From assembly GCF_006345805.1 (NCBI RefSeq), contig NW_021823719.1, forward strand, positions 1-21,506: a stretch of 21,506 nt of DNA, given 5' to 3'. This stretch comes from Octopus sinensis (Eukaryota). Below the pieces are notes generated by a model, which made no database searches, was not told where the DNA came from, and saw only the letters and a program-made list of their open reading frames with translations. The translations under genes and the position numbers were made by a program. Positions 1 to 9,900 of the stretch are shown here, piece by piece. Positions within the stretch are counted from its first letter, which is position 1, and every line of letters starts with the position of its first letter.

Positions 1-1
1 T

Positions 2-49
<48 letters not shown>

Positions 50-85
50 AACACATGCATTACATATAATACATACATATATACA
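1..85. repeat. (TA)n/(TACA)n microsatellite
   Basis: Visible dinucleotide and tetranucleotide run. It abuts the SINE-A central fragment, whose internal tract is TA-rich. Confidence 0.95.
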
Positions 86-130
86 ATGGGCTTCTTTCAG
101 TTTCCGAGTTCCAAATCCACTCACAAGTCT
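86..130 (-). mobile_element. SINE-A central fragment
   Basis: GGGCTTCTTTCAGTTTCCG...CCAAATCCACTCACAAG matches 345-382 and the reverse complement of the centre of the + strand SINE-A copies. Confidence 0.8.
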
Positions 131-133
131 GGA

Positions 134-498
134 TTACCGTCTTTTAGTCGAGCGAATCGACCCCAGGACTTATTCTTTGAAAGCCTGGTACTTATTCTAT
201 CGGTCTGTTTTGCCGAACCGCTAAGTTACAGGGACGTAAACAGACCACCATCGGTTGCCAAGCGATGTTGGTGGGGGGACAAACACAGACACACAAACAC
301 ACACACACACATATACATATATATATATATATACATATATACGACGGGCTTCTTTCAGTTTCCGTCTACCAAATCCACTCACGGGGCTTTGGTCGGCCCG
401 AGGCTATAGTAGAAGACACTTGCACAAGGTGCCATGCAGTGGGACTGAACTCGGAACCATGTGGTTGGTAAGCAAGCTACATACCACACAGCCACTCC
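134..498 (-). mobile_element. tRNA-derived SINE, family A (near full length)
   Basis: The minus strand reads GGAGTGGCTGTGTGGTA (A-box-like)...GAGTTCAGTCCC (B-box-like)...GGCACCTTGTGCAAGTGTC, then an internal TA/TG tract and the body shared with 4874-5286, 5875-6294 and 17694-18158. Confidence 0.9.
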
Positions 499-696
499 AT
501 ATAAAAAAGTGCGTCATCCTCAATAGAATTTCTTAATTTGTCGTACACGTATATTTTAGCTAACATTTTAATTGCCAGCATCAGTACCCGGTATGCATTT
601 AAGACATAGTATTGTAGGGTAGGGTACTAAGATATTTTTAATGGGGAGAGCGGTCGATGCGGAGGAGGAGAAGTGCCTAAAGAGGGTCGATGGTCG

Positions 697-716
697 AAAA
701 AGTTTGGCGACCCCCG
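697..716. mobile_element. possible hAT/MITE terminal inverted repeat remnant
   Basis: AAAAAGTTTGGCGACCCCCG resembles the reverse complement of CAGGGGTC.CCAAACT-type hAT MITE ends. No partner end was found. Confidence 0.3.
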
Positions 717-955
717 GATTAATCGCTACAAATAACTGAAAGGGAGATAAGCAAATAATCGTCACCGAAGCAAAATAAAGAAAATACTATGAATGGAAGT
801 AGACAAGTTCGATGGTTATTTCCCCTCTTTTACTAGAAAACAAGCAAAGATAAAAAAAGAAACTAGCAAAAAGTTTAATGCGCGTGCGTAACTATTATTA
901 AATAACATACGCTCTACTTTCAGGTTTAAGACTACAAAACGATATTTAGCTATGT

Positions 956-976
956 ACATATCTATCTATTTATCTT

Positions 977-1072
<96 letters not shown>

Positions 1073-1074
1073 CT

Positions 1075-1126
<52 letters not shown>

Positions 1127-1127
1127 G

Positions 1128-1166
<39 letters not shown>

Positions 1167-1205
1167 CTTCTATCTATCTATCTATCTATCTATCTACCTG
1201 TCTGT
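956..1205. repeat. (TATC)n / (GATA)n tetranucleotide array
   Basis: About 250 bp of TATC units with few interruptions. Confidence 0.97.
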
Positions 1206-1314
1206 CTAAATATTCGTGTATGTTCTTCATGAGAATCAAATTAATACATTTGCACGTTGTTCCCTCACCTGTCTTGGGGGGGTTTTTTTGTTTTATTTTC
1301 TGTAAATTTTAACT

Positions 1315-1445
1315 ATACATACATACATACATACACACACACGCAAACACACACACAAACACACACAAACACACACATGTATGTGTGTATGTGTGTGTGT
1401 AAGTATGTATGCGAGTATGTATATATATACATACATATATATGTA
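1315..1445. repeat. mixed CA/TG/TA microsatellites
   Basis: Visible in the sequence. Confidence 0.9.
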
Positions 1446-1510
1446 GGTCCCGGGTTGAGTCGGGGTTAACCACAGTAAATAAGGTACTCAATACATGGCA
1501 GAGTAAATTA

Positions 1511-1632
1511 ATTTATTTTATAGAAGGAGATTCTACAGGACTAGAACTGTTTCATTCAAATGAAATCATCAGGAAATCATCATTTGAATGAAACAGTTCT
1601 AGTCCTGTAGAAGCTCCTTCTATAAAATAAAT
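1511..1632. repeat. near-perfect 53-bp inverted repeat with 16-nt loop
   Basis: Arms 1511-1563 and 1580-1632 are reverse complements at 52/53 positions. The loop is AATCATCAGGAAATCA. Confidence 0.95.
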
Positions 1633-1638
1633 ATATAG

Positions 1639-1676
<38 letters not shown>

Positions 1677-1821
1677 GTATGTAATGTAATGTATGTATGT
1701 ATGTATGTACCTATGGATGATGGATAGATAGATGCACACAAGCATACATACATATACAGTGTGTGTGTATATATGTGTGTGTGTGCATGTGTGTGTGGTG
1801 TGTGTGTATGTTTGCGCATAT

Positions 1822-1858
<37 letters not shown>

Positions 1859-1952
1859 CATACATACATACATACATACATACATACATACATACATACA
1901 TACATACATACATACATACATACACATACACATATGTGTATACACACACACA
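1633..1952. repeat. compound microsatellite (TA, TATG, TG, TACA)
   Basis: Visible in the sequence. Confidence 0.92.
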
Positions 1953-1959
1953 CTTTATT

Positions 1960-2010
1960 TACTAGTGTACAAGTCGGGCTTCTGTACAAGTCACACCCCA
2001 AATTAGTGTT
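1960..2010. mobile_element. possible pogo/Tigger-type MITE end
   Basis: TACTAGTGTACAAGTCGGGCTTCTGTACAAGTCACACCCCAAATT has a tandem GTACAAGTC subterminal motif, like the TACTCGAGTATAAGCCG-type ends I recall. No second end was located. Confidence 0.25.
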
Positions 2011-2317
2011 AAATTTTAGTAGAAATTTTTTCTGTTTCTGTTCAAACTTTGTTATCGGCTTTGCTTCATGTGAAAGTTGATTTCCCCCACCACACACGTT
2101 TCTTTCTTCTCTTTTCATTTCAGTTAAAATCACACAAAATATTGCAATATTAAGATTCAAAGCAAACCTCACTTAACAAAAGGTAAAAAAAACAGAAAAA
2201 CTTCAAAAAAGAAAATTTCGAACTTAATAGTCTCCCTTTAACCATCGGATGTCTCGTAACTAGCTCGGCGCTAAACAGGTTTATATAATGGATCTTTGGA
2301 CATGTTTTGTGTTGGCG

Positions 2318-2813
<496 letters not shown>

Positions 2814-2818
2814 TCGAC

Positions 2819-3020
2819 GTGGAGGCGCATGGCCCAGTGGTTAGGGCAGTGGACTTGCGTTGTAGGATCGCAGTTTTCCATTCCCATTCCAAGACCGTGT
2901 TGTAAGTGTTTATTCTGTTGGCTTAGCGTCATTTGATGCCTAAAACAATGCGAAACGCATTGTGACCAGCGATGTGTAGCAACATCTGATAGCCTGGTCG
3001 GTCACTGTGATCACGGTGAT
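2819..3020 (+). mobile_element. tRNA-derived SINE, family D (degraded)
   Basis: The head GTGGAGGCGCATGGCCCAGTGGTTAGGGCAGTGGACTTGCG is homologous to the SINE-C head, but the B-box region is damaged. The body and tail (GTGACCAG...CTGGTCGGTCAC) differ from SINE-C. Confidence 0.7.
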
Positions 3021-3028
3021 ATGTATAC

Positions 3029-3077
<49 letters not shown>

Positions 3078-3092
3078 TACATACTTATTTAT

Positions 3093-3361
3093 GATGTGAA
3101 TACCTCTTCTAAAATCAAAGAGAAAAACGATAACTATGGACAGCTGTTTCGAATCCTTCAGCTTCTACACACAGATTATAAATTCATGATTTTCCCAATA
3201 ATATTTGGCGCGCTTTGTTTTGTGAGCAGATGCTCAAGTGATAATCTGAATAAGCTAAGGCCTTCAGAAAAGAAATCAACCATCAACCTCGCTCATTGCC
3301 AATACAATCTGTAAGGGGAACGGTATAAATGTGCAAGACTTTTCTCAAGTTCAACCTGTGA
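3093..3361 (+). pseudogene. C-terminal fragment of an R4/Dong-like (restriction-like endonuclease) non-LTR retrotransposon ORF
   Basis: Translates as DVNTSSKIKEKNDNYGQLFRILQLLHTDYKFMIFPIIFGALCFV, then after a frameshift GTV*MCKTFLKFNL*. This matches the KExKYxxL...PIIIGALG...GTxKIxKxFL pattern I recall for R4-clade C-termini. Confidence 0.7.
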
Positions 3362-3467
3362 ATTTGTTTTTGTTAACAACATTGCAACGACTAAGTTTAG
3401 TACCTTTGTTCGAAACCAGCTCCTTCCTTACATGAAGACTTGAAGTAATTAAAAACAAAAGAGAGCA

Positions 3468-3474
3468 TACACAC

Positions 3475-3532
<58 letters not shown>

Positions 3533-3853
3533 CTCACACACACTCACCTCACACTCACACACACACACACACTCACCTCACACACACACACTCACCTCAC
3601 ACACACACACACTCACCTCACACACACACACACACACTCACCTCACACTCACACACACACACTCACCTCACACACACACACTCACCTCACACACACACAC
3701 TCACCTCACACACACACACTCACCTCACACACACACTAAACTCACACACACACACACACTCACCTCATGCACACACACACACACTCACCTCACACATACA
3801 CACACACACACTAACACACACTCCACAACACACACACACACACACACACACAC
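3468..3853. repeat. (CA)n-derived minisatellite with recurring CTCACCT interruption
   Basis: CACACA...CTCACCT units of about 19-25 nt between pure CA tracts. Confidence 0.9.
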
Positions 3854-3977
3854 GTATGCATACAATTTTTTATCTTGTCCCATTAGACGAAAAATTTGTC
3901 GGATTTCTTGATACTTCGGAGATCGGAATCGAACAGTCATTGTTGATCTGGAATACATAATTAGGTAAAAAAAAAAG

Positions 3978-4870
3978 GCTCTGACGTTCCAGCACGCTTA
4001 CCTACAGTTCTGTCCGACGTTTAAAGAGCGGGACTACTCCAGGAGTAGTTTGAAGAGCCATAGCAGTTTGAGGGTTGTTGATTGGTTGCAAGTTTGTAGC
4101 AGGTAGATAATTCGTGTTCGTATTCGTATTTATTGCCATGGCAGTAGTAAGATTCATAGAAGAAGTCCCCAAAGTCCATCCCCTCCTCACCGTGGTGGGG
4201 ACGCTGGCAACGGGTAGTGTCAGAGCTATGCCGTCGGGAACTTCGGTTCCTGGTAGGGCCACCCAAGGCGGATTGGTCTGACACCGAGTGGTATTAGGAC
4301 CACAACCCGGCAGATGGGGCTCTGGTGAAAATACTCGGAGTGTCTGTTTCGGCAACCGGCGGCTCCTCGGTCGTTCTGTCCCTGCGTCTGCGGACAATCT
4401 GCGGCAAACAGGATGTCTCCACATGCGGGATTGTTGGGGACCGCTTGTGAAATCCACATATTCCCACGAAACTTCTTTGAGATGGTTCGAGATGCCTCGA
4501 GGTTGGTAGAAGAAGCCGACTCAACCCGCCCAGGGTGAATGTCGCCACAAGTACAAGTATAGAAGAAGTCAGGACCAGAGAAGAAGCCGGCTCAACCCGC
4601 CTTGGGTGAACGCTGTCACAAGTACACACACAAGTAAGTAAAAAGTAAGCACAAAGACCCATATATCAAAGATACACGTAAACTTACTAAACGAGCGCTA
4701 GTGCATTCCCAGATATATAAATACCTACAAACTAACCGCAGATATTCACATGTATCTACACGCAAACCATCAGTCACGTGTTCCCAATTTCCTGGAACCG
4801 TTTTGATTCAAACAAGGAAACTTTGTCCCTTTGGTAGTAACCATCATTAATTCTGTGAGAAAGCTAAACG
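3978..4870. other. unassigned GC-richer segment with internal direct and inverted repeats, probably a TE fragment
   Basis: Composition differs from the flanks. It has 48-nt direct repeats at 4508-4555 and 4579-4626 (41/48 identical) and overlapping short ORFs with no motif I recognise. Confidence 0.3.
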
Positions 4871-4873
4871 ATT

Positions 4874-5286
4874 GGCGTAAGAGTGGCTGTTTGGTAAGTA
4901 GCTTGCTTACCAACCACATGGTTCTGGGTTCAGTTCCACTGCGTGGCACCTTGGGCAAGTGTCTTCTACTATAGCCTCGGGACGACCAAAGCCTTGTGAG
5001 TGGATTTGGTAGACGGAAACTGAAAGAAGCCCGCCGTATATATGTATGTATATATGTATGTGAGCGTGTGTGTTTGTGTGTCTGTGTTTGTCCCCCCCCC
5101 CAACATCGCTTGACAACCGATGCTGGTGTGTTTCCATCCCCGTAACTTAGCAGTTCGGCAAAAGAGACCGATAGAATAAGTACTAGGCTTACAAAGAATA
5201 AGTCCTGGGTTCGATTTGCCCGTCTAAATGCGGTGCTCTAGCATGGCCGCAGTCAAATGACTGAAACAAGTAAAAGAGTAAAAGAA
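4874..5286 (+). mobile_element. SINE-A, full length
   Basis: Head GGCGTAAGAGTGGCTGTTTGGTAAG...GGGTTCAGTTCC, then ACCTTGGGCAAG, the internal microsatellite and a GTAAAAGA tandem tail. Confidence 0.92.
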
Positions 5287-5481
5287 GGACTATAAATCCT
5301 ATACGGGACTCTATCACCTTTGATAAAGAGGAAATTAATGCGTTGGGTCGGTAATTAACGGTAGGATAACAGCAATTGTTCCTGGAAATGATACACCGCT
5401 GCAGCTTATCTCAAATGATTTAGGTTACTGCGTCTGACTACGAGAGAGACAGGGGCGTTTGGTGAGGATATGGAACCACCT

Positions 5482-5781
5482 GTGGAGGCACATGGCCTAG
5501 TCGTTAGCGCAGCGGACTCGCGGTCGAGGAATCGCGGGTTCGAATATCAGATCGGGTGATGTGTGTGTTTATGAGCGAAACACCTAAGCTCCACGCGGCT
5601 CCGGCAGAAGGTAATGGCGAACTTCTACTGACTCTTTCGCCACAACTTTCCCTCACTCTTTCCTCCTGCATCTTGCATCTCACCTGCGACGGACCGGCAT
5701 CTCGTCCAGGTGGGGAAGCTATACGCCAAGGAAACCGGGAAACCGGCCCTTATGAGGCATGGCTCGAAATAGGAACAAACA
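5482..5781 (+). mobile_element. tRNA-derived SINE, family C, with 14-bp TSD
   Basis: A-box TGGCCTAGTCG, B-box GGTTCGAATATC, tail GGAACAAACA. Flanked by a perfect ATATGGAACCACCT at 5468-5481 and 5782-5795. Confidence 0.93.
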
Positions 5782-5874
5782 ATATGGAACCACCTATACA
5801 CCTCGTTCGACCAGAGCGTAGTGGAAGGGACACTACCTACAAGGTAGTTGATTTAAAGTTAATAGCCACTCATA

Positions 5875-6053
5875 GTCGTAGGAGTGGCTGTGTGGTAAGT
5901 AGCTTGCTTACGAACCTCATGGTTCTGGGTTCAGACCCACTTTGTGACACCTTGGGCGAGTGTCTTCTACTATAGCCTCGGGTCGACCAAAGCCTTGTGA
6001 ATGGATTTGGTAGACGGAAACTGAACGAAGCCCGTCGTATGTGTGTGTGTGTG

Positions 6054-6106
<53 letters not shown>

Positions 6107-6294
6107 TGTGTCTGTGTTAGTCCCCCAACATCGCTTGACAACTGATGCTGGTGTCTTTACGTCCCCATAACTTAACGGTTCGGCAAAAGAGACCGATAGA
6201 ATAAGTACTAGGTTTACAAAGAATAAGTCCTGGGGTCGATTTGCTCGGCTAAAGGCTGTGCTCTAGCATGGCCACGGTCAAAAGAGTAAAAGAG
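5875..6294 (+). mobile_element. SINE-A, full length with small tail deletion
   Basis: Collinear with 4874-5286. The internal tract is (TG)n and it ends AAAAGAGTAAAAGAG. Confidence 0.92.
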
Positions 6295-6299
6295 GTGTT

Positions 6300-6610
6300 G
6301 TGTTGCATTTGGTGCGTAGTGATAAGCTTGCTGGGGAATGCAGGAATAGTTTTTGAGAAACGGGGGCATCAAGTGTGGAATATCACTAACTGAACCATGA
6401 AGCTTGAGAACTGAACAGGAGGAGAATTCCACGAAGTTGATGGACATTCTTTCAGCAAAGAATCAAAAGTATCGGCTGCAATTGAGAGGCAATGATTGCG
6501 TTTTGTATGAAGGCAGTGGTCAGTTTGTAAGGGTATTTCGTTTTCTGATAGCGTTGTAATCTGGCGGAGGGTTTGTTGTTTTGGTGGAGGATTTTGCGGG
6601 TTATGCAAAT
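6300..6610 (-). pseudogene. possible highly decayed LINE endonuclease relic
   Basis: The minus frame QTDHCL...IAADTFD...MVQLVIFHT*CP loosely recalls APE-domain GDFN and QLVxFPTR segments. The resemblance is weak. Confidence 0.2.
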
Positions 6611-6967
6611 AATCCCTACTGCATATGACTATAAGAAAATGGGGTTTTTTTCATTCTTGAAGTCAAATTGGTAAGAGTTCGATAATGGTTACTTCTGACC
6701 AGAGAACGGTGAGCAATTAATTCTGTCACACTGGCATAAATTACATAAAGACAGGACGATCAAATAGGTAACGTTAGTTTTACGGTGAAATGCCAGACAT
6801 CTTATACCTCATCTGAAGAATCGATTGTAGGAAATTTGTTTCAGGTATGTATAATTATAATTTTGCACACACATACACACATTTACACAAACATACACAT
6901 AAATAATTACATACACATACATAATTACATACATACATAAATTAATTTTAAAATTTAGCATGAGGGC

Positions 6968-7299
6968 GGGAGTAAGTCGATTACATCGACCCCCAGTGCT
7001 CGACTGGTACCTCGAAAGGATGAAAGATAGAATTTGAACTCAGAACGTAGCGGCAGACGAAATACCTATTTCTTTACTACCCACAAGGGGCTACACACAG
7101 AGGGGACAAACAAGGACAGACAAACTGATTAAGTCGATTATATCGACCACAGTGTGTAACTGGTGCTTATTTAAACGACCCCGAAAGGATGAAAGGCAAA
7201 GTTGACCTCGGCGGAATTTGAACTCAGAACGTAACGGCAGACGAAATGCCGCTAAGCATTTCGCCCGGCGTACTAACGTTTCTGCCAGCTCGCCGCCTT
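6968..7299 (-). mobile_element. SINE-B, head plus second internal unit (dimer)
   Basis: Minus strand reads AAGGCGGCGAGCTGGCAGAAACG...GAGTTCAAATTCC and the body. A second unit starts at the junction AAAGAAATA|GGTATTTCGTC (7067/7066). Confidence 0.9.
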
Positions 7300-7477
7300 A
7301 CATGCATACACAGACATTGAATACATAATTTCACACCACACACACACACACACACACACACACGTAATTACATATATATGAGAGTGTATATAAAAACAGA
7401 CCCTACACACTCCTGACAAGTATACATGGAACACTGTTTTAATTTCGTACGGAACAACACACATACACACACATATG

Positions 7478-8165
7478 AAGAGAGAGCGAGACATAGGAAG
7501 AGATAGAGAGAGAGGGTAGAAGAAGTGAGAGAGACTGAAAGAGAGAGAGAGACATAGGAAGAGATAGTGAGAGGGGGTAGAAGAAGTGAGAGAGACTGAA
7601 AGAGAGAGAGAGACATAGGAAGAGATAGTGAGAGGGGGTAGAAGAAGTGAGAGAGACTGAAAGAGAGAGAGAGACATAGGAAGAGATAGTGAGAGGGGGT
7701 AGAAGAAGTGAGAGAGACTGAAAGAGAGAGAGAGACATAGGAAGAGATAGTGAGAGGGCGTAGAAGAAGTGAGAGAGACTGAAAGAGAGAGAGAGACTGA
7801 AAGAGGGAGAGAGACTGAAAGAGGGAGAGAGACTGAAAGAGAGAGAGAGACATAGGAAGAGATAGTGAGAGGGCGTAGAAGAAGTGAGAGGGCGTAGAAG
7901 AAGTGAGAGAGACTGAAAGAGAGAGAGAGACATAGGAAGAGATAGTGAGAGGGCGTAGAAGAAGTGAGAGAGACTGAAAGAGAGAGAGAGACTGAAAGAG
8001 GGAGAGAGACTGAAAGAGAGAGAGAGACATAGGAAGAGATAGAGAGAGGGGGTAGAAGTGAGAGAGACTGAAAGAGAGAGAGAGACTGAAAGAGAGAGAG
8101 AGACTGAAAGAGGGAGAGAGACTGAAAGAGGGAGAGAGACTGAAAGAGAGAGAGAGACTGTGAGA
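7478..8165. repeat. polypurine minisatellite, 61-nt unit with 18-nt subunits
   Basis: Successive 60-nt lines 7561-7741 shift by one base, giving a period of 61. GAGAGAGACTGAAA subunits are amplified separately. Confidence 0.95.
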
Positions 8166-8750
8166 CAGACAGACATACAGACAGACAGAAATATAGAGAC
8201 ATATTCAAATAACACATTCGACATATATCCTGCGGCACAAGAGTCTTTCAGCAATACCATCACCACAAGGCATCGAACCAGAGAACAACAAGCTCAGCAG
8301 CCGTAGAAAATCGCTATTCACGACTCAACGATGCCTGATCGACCATTTCCATTCTCTAGAAAGACATCCTGACGGCTCGTTTGGCTGGAACTGAGATTTA
8401 AAGAGCAGAAATCACCATCTTCAAACACATTAACTGATTTGGTGATTTAATTCCGGAGACAATTGGCCCAGTGATTATGAATAGACGTATATAATGCTAT
8501 AATAATCTCATAGATATATCTTCTAATGGATATAAATGTAAATATAAACCTATAATGCTTGTTTGTTGCTTTTTTTTTTATACTTCATTTGAAACTAACT
8601 AAATCGTTCGTTATCTACGCCATTTGCAATCTATAATTTATTTTCAATGTGATAAATCTATATTTTGGTAACTACGACTAACCCGCTTCTAGCACAAAGG
8701 CACGTTCTATGATCTGTTTAGCTTTTTATTCATATTCTGTAAATGTTCTA

Positions 8751-9031
8751 GTGGAGGCACATGGCCTAGTGGTTAGAGCAGCGGACTCGCGGTCGAGGGA
8801 TCACGGGTTGGAATCTCAGACCGGGCGATGTGTGTGCGTGTATGAGCGAAACACCTAAGCTCCACGCGGCTCCGACAGAAGGTAATGGCGAAACTTCTGC
8901 TGACTCTTTCGCCGCAACTTTCTCTCACTCTTTCCTCTTGCGGCGTCGCGTCCAGGTAGGGGAACCTATACACCAAGGAAACTGGGAAACCAGCCCTTAT
9001 GAGCCATGCATGGCTCGAGAAGGAACAAACA
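8751..9031 (+). mobile_element. SINE-C with 11-bp TSD and internal deletion
   Basis: Collinear with 5482-5781 except for a deletion near 8940. Flanks are TAAATGTTCTA (8740-8750) and TAAATATTCTA (9032-9042). Confidence 0.9.
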
Positions 9032-9085
9032 TAAATATTCTAGATTGCTCTTGTTGTAGTTGTTGTTGTTGTTGTTGCTGCTGCT

Positions 9086-9150
9086 GTTCTGAGTTCAAAT
9101 CCCGTCGAGGTTGACTTTGCTTTTCCGTTCATCCTTCGTGGGTCGATAAA
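9086..9150 (+). mobile_element. SINE-B internal fragment
   Basis: GTTCTGAGTTCAAATCCCGTCGAGGTTGACTTTGC...GGTCGATAAA matches the SINE-B body. Confidence 0.8.
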
Positions 9151-9173
9151 CTAAACTATGTATCAAATACTCG

Positions 9174-9288
9174 TGGCACTCCGTCGGTTACGACGACGAG
9201 GGTTCCTGTTGATCCGATCAACGGAACAGCCTGCTCGTGAAATTAACGTGCATGTGGCTGAGCACTCCACAGACACATGTATCCTTAA
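9174..9288 (-). mobile_element. 3' tail of another SINE/retroposon
   Basis: Minus strand ends GGAACCCTCGTCGTCGTAACCGACGGAGTGCCA, a stem-loop-forming tail I recall from octopus SINEs. A decayed relative lies at about 11522-11578. Confidence 0.55.
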
Positions 9289-9342
9289 TTGGCCCTAGCT
9301 GGAGTTTCTCCTTATCAGGAGGACTGTATCATTTATTCACAC

Positions 9343-9480
9343 TATTTACATTTCACAGATATTTGTCCTCGTCTTGTTTGTTGTTAAAACATTTCGGCTG
9401 ATATACTCACCAGCCTTCATCAGGTGTTCTGGGAAAATTTCGAACCTGGGTTCTCATTCCTAGGGTATTTTTTGATGTTA
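9343..9480 (-). mobile_element. Penelope-like terminal repeat (pLTR) fragment
   Basis: TATTTACATTTCACAGATATTTGTCCTC matches 14879-14905, which adjoins a PLE ORF start. It contains a hammerhead core on the minus strand. Confidence 0.75.
9384..9428 (-). ncRNA. hammerhead ribozyme motif (type I, degenerate copy)
   Basis: AACAC-CTGATGA-A-GGCTG-(10-nt loop)-CAGCC-GAAA-TG-TT-TTAAC. The core and 5-bp stem II are intact; the 3' arm of stem I appears deleted. Confidence 0.7.
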
Positions 9481-9489
9481 TTGTTGTTG

Positions 9490-9529
<40 letters not shown>

Positions 9530-9569
9530 CATACATATATACACACGTACACGCACGCGCGCGCGCGCA

Positions 9570-9611
<42 letters not shown>
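9481..9611. repeat. (TTG/TTA)n, (CG)n and (CA)n microsatellites
   Basis: Visible in the sequence. Confidence 0.92.
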
Positions 9612-9612
<1 letters not shown>

Positions 9613-9779
9613 AGAGTCCTCTCATTCTAATGTCAAAGCTCACAACATTGGAAGGCATCCTATTTATTCTATGTATCCCAGCCTCTCTCACATGACTTGA
9701 CGAAGGAAACGTATTTACTTCCCCTTCGGAACCAACAACGGATACATACCTACATACACACACATAGTTTACTTGTACG

Positions 9780-9900
9780 CATGTATATATCTATATGTAC
9801 GTATGTATGTATTATGTATGTATGGATGGATGGATGGATGGATGGATGTGTTATGTATGTATGTATGTATGTATGTATGTATTATGTATGTGTATGTGCC
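9780..9900. repeat. (TATG)n/(TGGA)n microsatellites
   Basis: Visible in the sequence. Confidence 0.9.

Noticed and set aside
2101-2188. Candidate exon: polypyrimidine tract plus CAG at 2123 and AAG/GTAAAA at 2182
   Set aside because: All three frames of the 59-nt segment contain stops. A non-coding exon cannot be supported without RNA data.
3135-3166. Minus-strand hammerhead-like CTGAAGG-ATTC-GAAA-CAGCTG-TC
   Set aside because: A9 is missing, there is no stem II or stem I, and the region is explained as R4-like coding sequence on the plus strand.
5482-5560. tRNA gene calls for SINE heads (also 2819, 4874, 8751, 11124)
   Set aside because: A- and B-box-like motifs are present, but no full cloverleaf with an acceptor stem forms and each continues into a repeated SINE body.
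7273-8306. Long ORFs of 220-321 aa (LFQSLS repeats; ERETER on the plus strand)
   Set aside because: They are translations of the purine minisatellite, which lacks stops in several frames. All three minus frames are open and there is no unique domain.
8170-8740. Unique-looking stretch, and similar ones at 9905-10200, 10760-11120 and 15960-16400, as possible host exons
   Set aside because: There are no sustained open frames or recognisable motifs. They are probably old TE debris but cannot be assigned from sequence alone.
9696-9713. CTTGACGAAGGAAACGTA resembling a hammerhead lacking stem II
   Set aside because: No stem II, no stem I pairing and no related copy in the window.
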